The notes: generated by a model from the letters alone, not told the origin. 48,369 nt of DNA from an uncultured Candidatus Nitrosopelagicus sp. (GCA_937896695.1 CALBOT010000096.1:1-48369), one strand, 5' to 3'; shown: positions 28,376 to 39,813, counted from the first letter of the stretch. Numbers and translations are program-made.

Positions 28376-29443
28376 CTAGAGTGTTAGAAGCTCTTTTGTG
28401 AATTTGTGTAATAAGATTGGATTTTTTTGTGTTACAACTAATGAATCCTCAATTCGTACACCAAACTTTTTTGCAATGTAAATGCCTGGTTCCACAGTAA
28501 TAGCCATGTTTTTTTCTAACTTTGTAGAACTTCGTGGTCCAATTGTTGGTAGTTCATGTACGTCTAATCCTATTCCATGTCCTGTTGAATGAATGAAATA
28601 TTTTCCGTAACCTGATTCATCAATAACTTTTCTGCATGCATCATCAACTTTTTTACAGTCAATTTTTGGTTTAACAGTTTTTAATCCAGCTTTTTGTGAC
28701 TCTTTAACAATTTCATAAACATTTTTTTCTTCATTAGATACTTTTCCTATTGCAAATGTTCTTGTTGCATCTGAAACATAACCTTTGTAACGTAATGTTA
28801 GATCAACAACAATCAATTCATTTTTCTTAAACTTTCTACTGGTTACTTGTGCATGTGGCAGTGCACCATTTGGTCCACCTGCAATGATTAATGGATTTAA
28901 TGTAGAACGATAACCTGTATCAAACATTTCATTTTCAACTGCATATGACATTAAGATTGCTTGAAGCTCTGATTCTTTCTGTCCAGCTTTAATTTTCTTT
29001 TGACAAATTCCAAACATTTCATCAATTATCTTTGATGCCTTTTTTAGAATTTTAATTTCTGTTTCATCTTTTATTTCTCTTGACTTATTGAATGGCTCAA
29101 TTGAGCTTTTAATCTTCGGAAATGATTTTTTTAATGATTGCATTACCGAATAATTCTGACAATCTGTACAGACCTTTCCTTTTACAAATTTCTTTAATGT
29201 TAACAAAGAACTCATACCACGATCAGATTGAACCACTTCGCAATCAATTCCTTCTTCTTTTGCTCGTCCAACTTCTAATTCTGGTGCAATTATGGTCGTT
29301 TTTCCATTTTTTTCTAAAATTCCTATTGCCTCTCCCCAAAATCCGGTCATGTAAAATAGATTTTCAGGCTCTAGTGCTACTATCATATCGCAACCTGTAA
29401 TTTCTTTACAGTGTTTCAAAAGTCGTTTTCTTCTAACTTTCAC
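28376..29443 (-). CDS. Xaa-Pro aminopeptidase / prolidase (M24B)
   Basis: ALPH, YVSDATRT, HSTGHGIGLDVHE, EPGIY and GVRIED. Confidence 0.95.
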   Translation of the reverse strand: MKVRRKRLLKHCKEITGCDMIVALEPENLFYMTGFWGEAIGILEKNGKTTIIAPELEVGRAKEEGIDCEVVQSDRGMSSLLTLKKFVKGKVCTDCQNYSVMQSLKKSFPKIKSSIEPFNKSREIKDETEIKILKKASKIIDEMFGICQKKIKAGQKESELQAILMSYAVENEMFDTGYRSTLNPLIIAGGPNGALPHAQVTSRKFKKNELIVVDLTLRYKGYVSDATRTFAIGKVSNEEKNVYEIVKESQKAGLKTVKPKIDCKKVDDACRKVIDESGYGKYFIHSTGHGIGLDVHELPTIGPRSSTKLEKNMAITVEPGIYIAKKFGVRIEDSLVVTQKNPILLHKFTKELLTL

Positions 29444-29485
29444 ACTCTAATTGAATTATTAATCTGAATTTATGTTTGATGTCTA

Positions 29486-30328
29486 CTAATTTCTGGCAGT
29501 CAAAACTAAAACTTCCCATGGGAATACAATTTTTCCATTTTTTTTGGTGTACTCAAGCGTTCTATCTTTTATCATTTCTCTAAGATTGGTTTTTTGAAAT
29601 TTTGTCAAAGAATCAAATTTTTCCTTTAGAGGTTTTGATAGATGTCTTTTGTAATTGTTCCAGTAGTTTGAAAATGTGCCTGGACTATAACTAAAAACAA
29701 ATTTTTTTACCACGATTTTTCTAAATCCAGCTTTTTTGATTGCGCTTGCAAATGTCTCTTTTGTGCCAAACCTATCCATCTCTGGATATTTTGGTAAATA
29801 ATCTGGAATCATTTTTTTTACTGGTTCCAAAATGCTGTCAAAGTATGGAACATTGTATTTACCATGCACTGCAAGTGTAATTGTTCCATTTTTCTTTAAC
29901 ATTTTTTTCATATTTTTTAATACTTTTTGTTCATTAGGAAAAAAGAATAATGCATACTGGCAGGTAATTGCATCAAATTTTGTCCCAAATTGAACTTTTT
30001 CTGCATCTGCTCTGATGAAATGTAGATTCTTAACATCACCTGTCCATTTCTTTGCTATTTTAATTGCCGATTCTGATGAATCTATTGCATAAATCTGACC
30101 TTTACTTCCAACTTTTCTAACTAATTTCTTAGTAACAAGACCCGTTCCACATGCAAGATCTAAAACTGTGTCACTTTTTTTTATTTTTGATAATTCTAAC
30201 AGTTTTTTTGTAACATTAAATGGCCCAACTTCATTTTTAGCCCATCGTTTATGATAAAATGGTGCAACTTCATTCCAAACTGAAATGGTACGTTGTTTGT
30301 ATTTTGTACCTTTAGATTCTCTTTTCAA
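29486..30328 (-). CDS. Class I SAM-dependent methyltransferase (UbiE-like)
   Basis: VLDLACGTG, ADAE and FDAITCQY. Confidence 0.9.
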   Translation of the reverse strand: MKRESKGTKYKQRTISVWNEVAPFYHKRWAKNEVGPFNVTKKLLELSKIKKSDTVLDLACGTGLVTKKLVRKVGSKGQIYAIDSSESAIKIAKKWTGDVKNLHFIRADAEKVQFGTKFDAITCQYALFFFPNEQKVLKNMKKMLKKNGTITLAVHGKYNVPYFDSILEPVKKMIPDYLPKYPEMDRFGTKETFASAIKKAGFRKIVVKKFVFSYSPGTFSNYWNNYKRHLSKPLKEKFDSLTKFQKTNLREMIKDRTLEYTKKNGKIVFPWEVLVLTARN

Positions 30329-31544
30329 TGTTTTTACAAATTATTTTCGAAAGTCTTTCTTTTTTAGTTCTTGGTATGGTTGTTGTACCTTTAGGATCAA
30401 CAATAATTATTTCATTATAGTTTGTATCCTTGTTATATTTACGACCAATATCATTTGCAACTATCATATTTGCTTTAGATTCTTTTAGTTTCTTTTTTGC
30501 ACGAGTAACCAATTCTTTTTTAGAAATATCAGTTTCAGCCTTAAAGCCTACAAGGAAAATATCTTTTTGTTTATTCTTTACAATATCAATAATTTTTGGT
30601 GCTCTTACTAGTTTTACATTGATTTCCTTTTTGTCACTCTTTATCTTACTAGAAGTGGCATTTTTGGCTACATAATCTGATGCAGCAGCTGCCATTATTG
30701 CAATGTCAAATTTTTTCTTTAGAGATTCTTTTACAGCCTTGTTCATTTCATCTACCGAATTTACTCGAATTATCTTTGCACCTTTTGGTGGTTCACTTGT
30801 TCCTGGTCCATATATCAGAGTAACTTTGGCTCCTGCTGAAATTAACTCTGAAGCTAAAAGTGTTCCAGTTTTTCCAGAGCTTTGGTTTGTAATTACTCGA
30901 ACAGAATCAATTTTTTCTACAGTTGGACCTGCTGTCATCAAAACTTTTTTTCCTTGTAACTTTTCTGAACTGCCAAATTTTTTCAATACAAATGAAAGTA
31001 CATCTTCTGGTTCTGGTGCTTTTGCCTTTCCTTCAATCATTTGAGGTGATATGAATTCTATTTTTTTTCTTAAGAATTCTATGTTTTTCTTAACTGCAGC
31101 ATTTTCATACATAGAACGATGCATCGCTAAACCCATGATTATTGGAATTTTAGAACCAAATGCTACAGTAAGAACCGTAGAAATTGGTGTATCATCAATT
31201 CCTGTTGCTAGTTTTCCTAACGTATTTGCAGTTGATGGATATACAATTAGTAAATCAGATCTCTTGTAATCTGCCAATTCAATATGTTCCATATCTCCAG
31301 TTAATTTTGTAATTACATTATTTCCTGTTGCCCATTTCATATAATCAGGTTTGATTAACTTTGTACTTGCGTTTGACATTACACATTTGACATTTGCACC
31401 ATGTCTCATGAGTAATCTTGCAAGCTCAATTGACTTGTATGCTGCAACTGAGCCTGCAACACACAGAACTATATTTTTCCCAGCAAGTTCAGTTCCATGA
31501 CTATCAACGATATCCAGTGATGGATGTGGTAATCTTTTAGCCAA
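30312..31544 (-). CDS. coaBC: Phosphopantothenoylcysteine decarboxylase/ligase
   Basis: GSVAAYK, PSTANT, TAGPT.E.ID.VR.ITN.SSGK and GFKAE. Confidence 0.96.
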   Translation of the reverse strand: MAKRLPHPSLDIVDSHGTELAGKNIVLCVAGSVAAYKSIELARLLMRHGANVKCVMSNASTKLIKPDYMKWATGNNVITKLTGDMEHIELADYKRSDLLIVYPSTANTLGKLATGIDDTPISTVLTVAFGSKIPIIMGLAMHRSMYENAAVKKNIEFLRKKIEFISPQMIEGKAKAPEPEDVLSFVLKKFGSSEKLQGKKVLMTAGPTVEKIDSVRVITNQSSGKTGTLLASELISAGAKVTLIYGPGTSEPPKGAKIIRVNSVDEMNKAVKESLKKKFDIAIMAAAASDYVAKNATSSKIKSDKKEINVKLVRAPKIIDIVKNKQKDIFLVGFKAETDISKKELVTRAKKKLKESKANMIVANDIGRKYNKDTNYNEIIIVDPKGTTTIPRTKKERLSKIICKNIEKRI

Positions 31545-32352
31545 TCTCTTTCTCCAACTTTTCTAATTCTTCTTTTTCCATAGAAAATGTATGTTCTTGA
31601 CCAGGAAATTTTTCTTCTTTCACGTCTTTTACGTATGAATTAATTGCATTTCTAATCTCTTCTGATAAATTTAGATATCTTTTTGCAAATTTTGGTTTTA
31701 TTTTTTCAAACATTCCTAACATATCGTGAACAACCAATACTTGACCATCACAATTTACACCCGAACCTATACCTATTGTTGGAACTTTGACACTTTTTGT
31801 AATAATTCTTGCAACATCACTAGTAACCATTTCAAAAACAATACTGAATACCCCTGACTCTTCTAATTTCTTAGCATCTTGCAATAAATCAACAGCATCT
31901 TCACTTTTCTTTGCTTGAACAGAATATTTTTCTGCAGTTTGTGGGAGTAATCCTAAATGTCCCATAACAGGAATTCCTGAATTAACTATAGCTTTGATAA
32001 TTTCTCCAACTTCTTTTCCACCTTCAAGTTTAACAGCATCTGCTCCTGCTTCTACAAGTTTTTTTGAATTGATAATGGCAGAATCTTTATTTTCATATGA
32101 ATTAATTGGAAGATCAGTGACAATTAGTGAATTTGTTTTTGCATTTTTTACAGCAGTTGTAAATCGTATCATGTCATCCATTGTTACATCTCGAGTATCA
32201 TCATATCCTAGCATTACCATGCCTGCACTGTCTCCAACTAGTATGACGTCAACTTTGTCACAGAATGTGGCCATAGTTGAATCATATCCTGTTAAAACAG
32301 TAATTTTCTCTTTAGACTTCATTTGAACTATATCTGAAACTGTTTTAGCCAT
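31537..32352 (-). CDS. panB: 3-methyl-2-oxobutanoate hydroxymethyltransferase
   Basis: LVGDS, VKLEGG, GHLGLLPQ and IGIGSG..CDGQVLV. Confidence 0.97.
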   Translation of the reverse strand: MAKTVSDIVQMKSKEKITVLTGYDSTMATFCDKVDVILVGDSAGMVMLGYDDTRDVTMDDMIRFTTAVKNAKTNSLIVTDLPINSYENKDSAIINSKKLVEAGADAVKLEGGKEVGEIIKAIVNSGIPVMGHLGLLPQTAEKYSVQAKKSEDAVDLLQDAKKLEESGVFSIVFEMVTSDVARIITKSVKVPTIGIGSGVNCDGQVLVVHDMLGMFEKIKPKFAKRYLNLSEEIRNAINSYVKDVKEEKFPGQEHTFSMEKEELEKLEKEIG

Positions 32353-33085
32353 TTTTTGCTCTCCTTTCAAGATTCTTATGAATTTCTAAGATTGCTGATT
32401 TTAGATTCTTTTTATTATCGAAAGTAACTTTTTTTCTAGATTTTTTTGATTCTATAACAAGTAATTTCATAACACGAGTAACATTATCGACAATTGTCAC
32501 ATCTGCAGTCTGTGCAGTTCTAGATAACGGATTTAGATCAAAAGTTATGACCTTCTTTTTTGCCTTTTTCAAAGCAATGGTTCTATCCCCGTCTTCTAGT
32601 GGAACCAATACCACATCTGCACAAAAAATACCATTTTTATCAACAATTCTTCTTGCACTATCAATCCCTTTCAGTTTTGTAGACTCTTTTTTGTCCATTC
32701 CTAGAATTTCTTTTGCGCCTGATTTTTTCAAAATATTTGAGATTGCCTTTTTTCGTTTTTCACTTGAATAAAACAAATTTACTTCTATCTTTGAATTTGT
32801 TATTTTTGCTAATTGGATAATCTCTCTTGGACAAAGTGCGGCAAAATTTCCATTAACTGAAATTACCGAATTCTGTGCCTGATTTAGCATAAATGCTGCA
32901 GCCTTGATGGCATTTTTTGCAGATTTTGTAGTTTTTTCACCAATAAGATAATCAAATGCTTCTCCTCTTCCATGTGCTAGCAATCCTTCTTTTGCCACCA
33001 AATTATTATCAAAACCTTCAACTAATTTTTCTCTAATTTGAAGAGACAAATATCGAGGATGAGACTTTGGAATATCCATATGCAT
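32345..33085 (-). CDS. pps: 4-phosphopantoate--beta-alanine ligase (phosphopantothenate synthetase)
   Basis: HPRY.SL, AHGRGEAFDYL, PLEDGDR and DLNPLSRT. Confidence 0.95.
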   Translation of the reverse strand: MHMDIPKSHPRYLSLQIREKLVEGFDNNLVAKEGLLAHGRGEAFDYLIGEKTTKSAKNAIKAAAFMLNQAQNSVISVNGNFAALCPREIIQLAKITNSKIEVNLFYSSEKRKKAISNILKKSGAKEILGMDKKESTKLKGIDSARRIVDKNGIFCADVVLVPLEDGDRTIALKKAKKKVITFDLNPLSRTAQTADVTIVDNVTRVMKLLVIESKKSRKKVTFDNKKNLKSAILEIHKNLERRAKNG

Positions 33086-33092
33086 CAAAATT

Positions 33093-33983
33093 TTATTGTA
33101 ATCTTGCACCAGAATTGTCAATCTTTGATGTGATAATCAATCCATCTTCAAACTGTTTTAAAATTTCTTTCACTTTTTCTTTTTCATTTTTGGTTACAAG
33201 TGAAAATATAGTTTCACCAAATAATGCAACACCACATTTTATTTCATTTTTGTGTAAAAGATTGATCACTTGGTTCATTCTTGGTGTTATTACATTAACA
33301 TATTTTGCAAATTTTACAGACATGTCTTGAAATTCTTCAGTATCATTACTTTCAATTAACTTCTTCACCATCTTTCCGCCTAATCCATTAATTGAAGAAA
33401 TTTTTTCTTTAAGAAATTTTTTTGTTGATATTGGATTAAAACAAATTATGATAACATCTCGTTTCTCTTTAGAATTAATTTTCTTTACTTGTCCAATTCC
33501 GGGCGCGCCTGATTTTATTCTTACTTCAAATCCTCCATGGTATGATGCCAACACGTCACCTAATCCAGTTTTACATTCTATTTCGACGTTATGTGCAATC
33601 TGTGCTACTTCAATCTTGGATAATTTACAATTTAATGCATCATTTAATGCAATGGATAATGATAATGCAACTGCCGCACTACATCCAAATCCATATCCGA
33701 CAGGAACATCAATCTCATGTGTTACATCAACAAATTTTTCATTAATTGGAAATTTACTGAGAACTAACTCTGATACGCGCATATCTCCTGATTCAAAACC
33801 ATTCACTTTAATTGAAAAATTTGAAATATCATGTTTTGTTGCATCTCTCACTGTTACGGTAGTTTTGACACCTTTTTGTATAGAAAATCCTGCACCAAGT
33901 GAACCTAATTGTTTAGAATCTTCTTGGTCTAATTCGGCTTTGAAAAAGCCAGTAATGTGTGCAGGACAAAATGCTGTCGCCAT
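33093..33983 (-). CDS. pok: Pantoate kinase (GHMP family)
   Basis: PAHITGFF, GSLGAG, PVGYGFGCS and TGLGDV; adjacent to pps. Confidence 0.92.
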   Translation of the reverse strand: MATAFCPAHITGFFKAELDQEDSKQLGSLGAGFSIQKGVKTTVTVRDATKHDISNFSIKVNGFESGDMRVSELVLSKFPINEKFVDVTHEIDVPVGYGFGCSAAVALSLSIALNDALNCKLSKIEVAQIAHNVEIECKTGLGDVLASYHGGFEVRIKSGAPGIGQVKKINSKEKRDVIIICFNPISTKKFLKEKISSINGLGGKMVKKLIESNDTEEFQDMSVKFAKYVNVITPRMNQVINLLHKNEIKCGVALFGETIFSLVTKNEKEKVKEILKQFEDGLIITSKIDNSGARLQ

Positions 33984-34048
33984 TATGATCACATCGACAT
34001 AGGTGGAAAATATTAATACTTGGCTTAAATAGTATAAACTAGTATAAA

Positions 34049-35026
34049 TTGACTACCTTTACACGTCGCCTGCAAAAGATTGGGAGTAGCATATTGGTAT
34101 CATTACCTAAAGAATGGATTGATGCAAATAATTTGGATAAAACCAATCAAGTAGAAATTGAAACAAATCAAAACAATCTTTCTATTAGAACACAACTAAG
34201 TAAAAGACCTTCTAAAGAAATTGAAATTTCATATCCATTACCAAAAGGTGAAAGCATTGTCCCAACTATAACTGGTGCATACCTTTTGGGATTTGATATT
34301 ATTAAAATTGTTAGTAAATCTCCTATATCAATTACTGATAGAGAGAGTGTTCGTGGATCCACGAGAAGATTAGTGGGAATGGAAATCATTGATGAAGATG
34401 CAACCAATATTTCTGTTCAATTTTTACTTGATGAAACATCTGTAAACCCACAAAATATTCTAAAACGGATGAGTTCAATTGCACTTGGTATGTTTACAGA
34501 TGTGGTGTCATCACTTGAAACTGGTGACAAAACAAATCTTGAAACTATTGCAAATCGTGATGCAGAAATAAACAGACAATATTTTCTTCTTGTTAGATTA
34601 ATTCGTACAACCATAATGGATACTAGATTAGCTGGACTTTTCAATCTTGAAAATATTGATATTCTTGATTACAGAATTGCTGCAAATACACTTGAAATTG
34701 CTGGAGATACAGTTGTTGAATTAGCTGAATCTCTGATCAAATCTAACTTGTCTAAAACTGAATTAAAAAAATTATATGATTTTACAAAAGATATGGATGA
34801 AATACAAACAAAATCAATTGATTCTTTTATTTCTAATGATCGTTCACTAGCAATCAATGCCATTACGTTACAGAGAAATAACTTTGAAAAAATTTCAAAA
34901 ATTCGTTCCTCTTTAGAAAACAAAAAACAAATTTCTCTTGCATTGTTTGATCTAATTATCATGTTTGAAAAGATTCTACAATCTTGGTCAGATATCACTG
35001 ATTTAGTTAAACCTAGTTATCAATAA
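34049..35026 (+). CDS. phoU: AbrB-PhoU family phosphate uptake regulator
   Basis: RRLQKIGSSILVSLPKEW AbrB domain, GAYLLGFD and PhoU repeats. Confidence 0.88.
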   Translation: MTTFTRRLQKIGSSILVSLPKEWIDANNLDKTNQVEIETNQNNLSIRTQLSKRPSKEIEISYPLPKGESIVPTITGAYLLGFDIIKIVSKSPISITDRESVRGSTRRLVGMEIIDEDATNISVQFLLDETSVNPQNILKRMSSIALGMFTDVVSSLETGDKTNLETIANRDAEINRQYFLLVRLIRTTIMDTRLAGLFNLENIDILDYRIAANTLEIAGDTVVELAESLIKSNLSKTELKKLYDFTKDMDEIQTKSIDSFISNDRSLAINAITLQRNNFEKISKIRSSLENKKQISLALFDLIIMFEKILQSWSDITDLVKPSYQ

Positions 35027-35542
35027 TTAGAGTAATTTCTTTTTTGCAGCATAAATCATCACTGCACAAATTGTTTTTGAATCAATTATTTTTCCAGCTT
35101 TAATCATTCCGATTAATTTTTTTATATCCATTTTTACAACTGTGATAAACTCGTCATTATCTAATTTCAAATCAAATTCCTTTTTTGTTCCAGATGCAAC
35201 AAAAATGTGAATTTCCTCTTTGTTATAGCCTACTGAAGGGAAATATGAGACTAATTTAGTCATTTTTTTGGCCTTGTAACCGGTTTCTTCAATAATTTCT
35301 CTATATGCGCAATCAATCGGCTTTTCTCCCTTTTCCAAAGTTCCAGCTGGGATTTCTAAAATGTATCCGTGTGGAAACCTGTGTTGTTTCACTAAAAGCA
35401 CTTTTCCTTTTTCATCAAATGCAAGCATCGCAGCAGCTCCTGGATGTTCAATAATTTCCCGTCTAACTTTTCTATGTTCAACCTGCATATGATATGCATT
35501 TAATTCAAATAATTTCCCTTTGTACAGTTTTTCTTTTTTCAT
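35027..35542 (-). CDS. NUDIX hydrolase (ADP-ribose pyrophosphatase-like)
   Basis: [21 protein letters not shown] Nudix box and IIDSKT. Start set at MKKEK. Confidence 0.93.
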   Translation of the reverse strand: MKKEKLYKGKLFELNAYHMQVEHRKVRREIIEHPGAAAMLAFDEKGKVLLVKQHRFPHGYILEIPAGTLEKGEKPIDCAYREIIEETGYKAKKMTKLVSYFPSVGYNKEEIHIFVASGTKKEFDLKLDNDEFITVVKMDIKKLIGMIKAGKIIDSKTICAVMIYAAKKKLL

Positions 35543-35544
35543 TT

Positions 35545-36459
35545 CTAATTTACCTGAGAAAGATGTAGTGTTTGTGACTTTGTTAACGTTTCTAATCTCT
35601 TTTCTAACCATTTTTCAGGCATATCTATTTTTTTTGGAATAAATAATTCCGTTGTTATGGTTCCTTTTATTCCAGCTATTTTTTCTGTCATTTCATCCAT
35701 CTTGAAAATACTTTCACTATACAGGAATAGAACAATTTGATTTTTAGCTAAAAATGGTGTCATTAAGTAATCTTCTCCAAATTCATCTTCAAATCTTTTT
35801 AGCATTTTTGGAATATCTTCTTGTGTAATTGCTACTACTGCATAACACAAGAAACCCTCAATTTTACTAGGATCATATACAAGTGTAAATTGAATTGATT
35901 CATTATTTTGCAGTTTTTCTAATGATCTGTTGATTGTTTTTGTTGATAGACTAGTATCCTTTGATAACTGTTCAATTCTTTTTCTAGGATCTTGTATCAA
36001 TTTACTTAAAATTTCAAAATCAGTTCTAGTAAGATTATGTGTAATCTTTGTGTTATTAGCTTCAAAAACAGACATTACACGTACATCTTGCATCAATTTT
36101 TGTAACAACTCTATCTTTTGTTGCATATCTTCTTTCACTATTACACCAATTACTGTAATTCCTCCAATGCATGGAACAATTGCAAATGGCATTCCAGCTA
36201 ACTTTACATTTTTGATAATCTCTTTTTGATTCTGACTATTTACTACAATGTAAAACATGTTTAATCCTAATAGTGGTGGTTCAACTTTAAGACAAAATTT
36301 TTCTATAATTCCTAATTTTTGCATCTTGCTAATTCTCGAACCAACAGCTCCTCCAGAAATTCCTAATTCCATTCCAATTTGCCTATCTGGTTTTCTGCAA
36401 TTATTTAATAATCTACTTAGAATTTTCATATCTAAAATGTCCAATATGTGAACTATCAA
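35545..36459 (-). CDS. Duplicated Lrp/AsnC family transcriptional regulator
   Basis: Two HTH units ([14 protein letters not shown].. and [14 protein letters not shown]..). Confidence 0.88.
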   Translation of the reverse strand: MIVHILDILDMKILSRLLNNCRKPDRQIGMELGISGGAVGSRISKMQKLGIIEKFCLKVEPPLLGLNMFYIVVNSQNQKEIIKNVKLAGMPFAIVPCIGGITVIGVIVKEDMQQKIELLQKLMQDVRVMSVFEANNTKITHNLTRTDFEILSKLIQDPRKRIEQLSKDTSLSTKTINRSLEKLQNNESIQFTLVYDPSKIEGFLCYAVVAITQEDIPKMLKRFEDEFGEDYLMTPFLAKNQIVLFLYSESIFKMDEMTEKIAGIKGTITTELFIPKKIDMPEKWLEKRLETLTKSQTLHLSQVN

Positions 36460-36559
36460 GTGTATTAATGTAATAAATCTAGCCTTTTTTTATGATAATG
36501 TCCTAAATATTAGCACTATGGTTGATCAGTATTATATATTCGACATTTTATAGTACGAT

Positions 36560-37756
36560 ATGGATTACAGAGTAAATCTGGCAGCTAGAATGTTAGCAAA
36601 TAAGAGAGGCAGTCTAATTGGCGCGGTTCTTGCTGTATCAATAGGAATCTTAGTAATTCATGTAAATTTTGTAATTTTCCAAGGAATCTATGATGCTATA
36701 ATTCGTGATATGACTGAATATCGATTTGGTGACATTTTTGTAAGTCATGAAGAAGAAGCAACAATAGAAAGATCACACGTAGTTTACACAAATTGGTTTG
36801 AAAGAGTACCTTTGGTTAAATCTGCGACACCCCGGCTTTCGGGAAATGCGGACATAGAATTTAGAAGCATGGGAAAATTCAATGAAGAATTTGATGTTCC
36901 TGTAGTTGGTGTAGAACCAGTTTCTGATATTCTTGCATCAAAAATTCATACAACAATTAATGAAGGTCAGTATGTTTATGCTAGAAATTCAATTGTTGTT
37001 GGTGAAACTGTTGCAAGAGATTTAGGTGGTGTTAGAGTTGGTGATAATCTCAAACTAATAATGACAAATCAGGGAGGAGAAGAAGTATCTAAAAGATTTG
37101 TGGTTACGGGAATATCAAAAACTGCTGGTGGACAAGGATTTGATACTAGTGTAATAATTCACATTGATAGTTTACGAACTATGTTGGATAGACCTGATGA
37201 ATCAAATTCAATATTTGTAAAACTGAATGAAAAAAATCCAGAAGCTGCAATTGATATTAGAACACAGTTCTTAACTGCATACGCTAATGATGATCTAAAA
37301 GCACAAACAATTGAAGAATCCGCTGAGGCAACACTCAAAGGATTTCGTTCTGGAATTGCGATGATTAATTTAATTGGTTATTTTGGAATGGGTTCTTCTG
37401 CTTTTGCAATTGTTACTATTCAAATGATGCTTGTAAATAGTAAGACTAGAGAAATTGGTGTAATGCGTGCAATTGGAGCAAAAAGAAAAGACATTCTAAT
37501 TGTATTCATCTTACAAGGTATGATTATTGGTGCAATTGGTGCTGGTGCAGGAACTGGAATTGGATTAGCGTATACAACGTATGCAAAAGAAACCAATATG
37601 CAATTCCAAGGTAGTTTGGCACTAGAAGTAAATTATAACTGGAAAAAAATTGCTGAAACTGCACTTTTAGCATTTTTCCTAGCAATTCTTGCTGCAATAT
37701 ATCCCTCTTATAGAGCGACAAAATTACAACCAGTGGAGGCTATGAGAAATGTCTGA
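36560..37756 (+). CDS. ABC transporter permease, MacB/LolE/FtsX family
   Basis: TREIGVMRAIGA and PSYRATKLQPVEAMR. Confidence 0.93.
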   Translation: MDYRVNLAARMLANKRGSLIGAVLAVSIGILVIHVNFVIFQGIYDAIIRDMTEYRFGDIFVSHEEEATIERSHVVYTNWFERVPLVKSATPRLSGNADIEFRSMGKFNEEFDVPVVGVEPVSDILASKIHTTINEGQYVYARNSIVVGETVARDLGGVRVGDNLKLIMTNQGGEEVSKRFVVTGISKTAGGQGFDTSVIIHIDSLRTMLDRPDESNSIFVKLNEKNPEAAIDIRTQFLTAYANDDLKAQTIEESAEATLKGFRSGIAMINLIGYFGMGSSAFAIVTIQMMLVNSKTREIGVMRAIGAKRKDILIVFILQGMIIGAIGAGAGTGIGLAYTTYAKETNMQFQGSLALEVNYNWKKIAETALLAFFLAILAAIYPSYRATKLQPVEAMRNV

Positions 37757-38453
37757 TGTTGTGTTAGAATTGCAAAATGTTTCAAGAATTTTTGGTGAAG
37801 GTGATACTCAAGTCAAGGCATTGGATGATGTTTCGTTAAGTATACGACGTGGGGAATTTGTTCTAATAGTTGGAAGTTCGGGCTCTGGAAAATCAACCTT
37901 ACTAAACATGATTGGGCTTTTAGATAAACCAACAAGTGGAAAGGTAATTCTAGATGGAAAAGAAACCACCGGTCTGAATGACGGACAGGTTTCACAGTAC
38001 AGAAATGAAAAATTAGGATTTGTTTTCCAATTTGCCAATTTACTTCCAGATTTAACTGTCTTGGAAAATGTGATGCTTCCGCAGCAAATACAGGGAAGTT
38101 CTGAAGACATACGCCAAAATGCAATTGATTTGTTGGTTAAAGTTGGATTGGAAGATCAAATTAACAAACGTTCAAACAAAATTTCTGGAGGACAAGCACA
38201 AAGAGCTGCAATTGCCAGAGGATTAGTTAATCACCCAACCATAGTTTTGGCTGATGAACCAACAGGAAATCTAGACTCAATAACTGCTGGAAAAATTGTA
38301 AAATTGGCAAAAACAATGGCCAAGGAGTTAAACCAAACTTTCATAATTGTCACACATGATAGACACCAATTTCCAGACGTTGATAGAGTGATTACAATTA
38401 AAGACGGTAAAGCGTTCAGTGGAGAAGAAACCACAATGGAGATTGCAGCATGA
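37749..38453 (+). CDS. ABC transporter ATP-binding protein, LolD-like
   Basis: GSSGSGKS, ISGGQ and LADEPTGNLD. Confidence 0.96.
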   Translation: MSDVVLELQNVSRIFGEGDTQVKALDDVSLSIRRGEFVLIVGSSGSGKSTLLNMIGLLDKPTSGKVILDGKETTGLNDGQVSQYRNEKLGFVFQFANLLPDLTVLENVMLPQQIQGSSEDIRQNAIDLLVKVGLEDQINKRSNKISGGQAQRAAIARGLVNHPTIVLADEPTGNLDSITAGKIVKLAKTMAKELNQTFIIVTHDRHQFPDVDRVITIKDGKAFSGEETTMEIAA

Positions 38454-39748
38454 ACAAATTTGTCATAGTATTTTTGGCATTTTTGATGGTCAGTTCACTC
38501 ACCCCATTATCATTTAGTGAAAGACTTGGACCAGCAAATGCACCACAAGGTGTTTTAAGAGATAATGTTATCAGTGTAAAATTCCTTGATGCATATTTTG
38601 GAACTGAAGACAATAAAATTGAAGTTGCACCAGGAGACAAAAACGTTCCATTTACTGTAGTAATGAGTAATGTTGGTACACAAGATATTACTGGAATTAA
38701 AGGAAAACTTACTCTTCCTACTCCGTATCAATCTCCTAGTGGAATAGGCGTTGCAATGATGGCTGACAATGATCAAAAAGCATCCGCAGGTAATACATTT
38801 GCTTTAACATTTTTTGTTAACGTATCAGAACTTGCACCTATCAAAGATTATTCTGGAGCTGTTGAAGTAAGCTTTTCAAGATTACGAGAATCTGGTGAAC
38901 GTACTGAAAATTTTCCTTTTACATTCAAACTTACTGGTGATAGTGTAGTTAATCTCAGACCTATTTCTGGGGCTCTAACATCAATTGTAAACAATGATGT
39001 AATAATTGAAATTTCAAATGCAGGTAGTGCACCATTAAACAATGTAGATATTATTTTACAAAATGATCAAACATCTGTTGCAACACAATCACAATCAATT
39101 ACTAATTTGGAAAATGTAATTTTTGATCAAACTCATTGGGATGTTGGAACAATTAATCCTCAATCTTCTGTAACATTTTCACTAAAGGTATTTGTTCCAG
39201 AAACAGTCAAAAATGAACCATTACATCTTCCTATGACAATTACATACTATGATGCGCATGGTGAATTAGAAACTGTTACTAGAGTTACTGACTTTTACAT
39301 TAATGGATTGGTTGATCCATCAATTTATGGCGTTAAGGTAATTGATTTATCTGGAAAACAAACAGTAATTGGTGAAATTCTTAATGAAGGAAATAGTGAT
39401 GGATTATTTGGATTTGTTACCCTAAAACCAAGAGGTGACTCTAACATCCAAGAATCTACACAATACATTGATGAAATAGAACCTGACAGCCCTGTTCCAT
39501 TTAATATTCCAATTGATTTTGAAGGTGAATCTAGAACAGGTGAGCATGAGATAACAATTGAAATTAGATACAAAGATTCTATGAGAGAAGAATACACTTT
39601 ATCATATGATACGACAATTGATGTTTCCACATTGTCTATACTGGATACTGAAGAAAGAGAATTTCCAATGGAAGTAATTCCAATAGTAATTATCATTGGC
39701 GTGGTTATTGGAATATTGTACAAAAAAAGAAAAACTATCAAAAAATAG
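38450..39748 (+). CDS. COG1361 S-layer-like exported protein with C-terminal TM anchor
   Basis: Signal peptide, repeated beta-sandwich (N.G motifs), and C-terminal TM plus basic tail; typical partner of archaeal LolDE-like ABC systems. Confidence 0.8.
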   Translation: MNKFVIVFLAFLMVSSLTPLSFSERLGPANAPQGVLRDNVISVKFLDAYFGTEDNKIEVAPGDKNVPFTVVMSNVGTQDITGIKGKLTLPTPYQSPSGIGVAMMADNDQKASAGNTFALTFFVNVSELAPIKDYSGAVEVSFSRLRESGERTENFPFTFKLTGDSVVNLRPISGALTSIVNNDVIIEISNAGSAPLNNVDIILQNDQTSVATQSQSITNLENVIFDQTHWDVGTINPQSSVTFSLKVFVPETVKNEPLHLPMTITYYDAHGELETVTRVTDFYINGLVDPSIYGVKVIDLSGKQTVIGEILNEGNSDGLFGFVTLKPRGDSNIQESTQYIDEIEPDSPVPFNIPIDFEGESRTGEHEITIEIRYKDSMREEYTLSYDTTIDVSTLSILDTEEREFPMEVIPIVIIIGVVIGILYKKRKTIKK

Positions 39749-39813
39749 TAAAAAATCTGTATAAATCAAAATTTAATGCATAAATTAACATACTCTAAAT
39801 TTGTAATTTTCAT

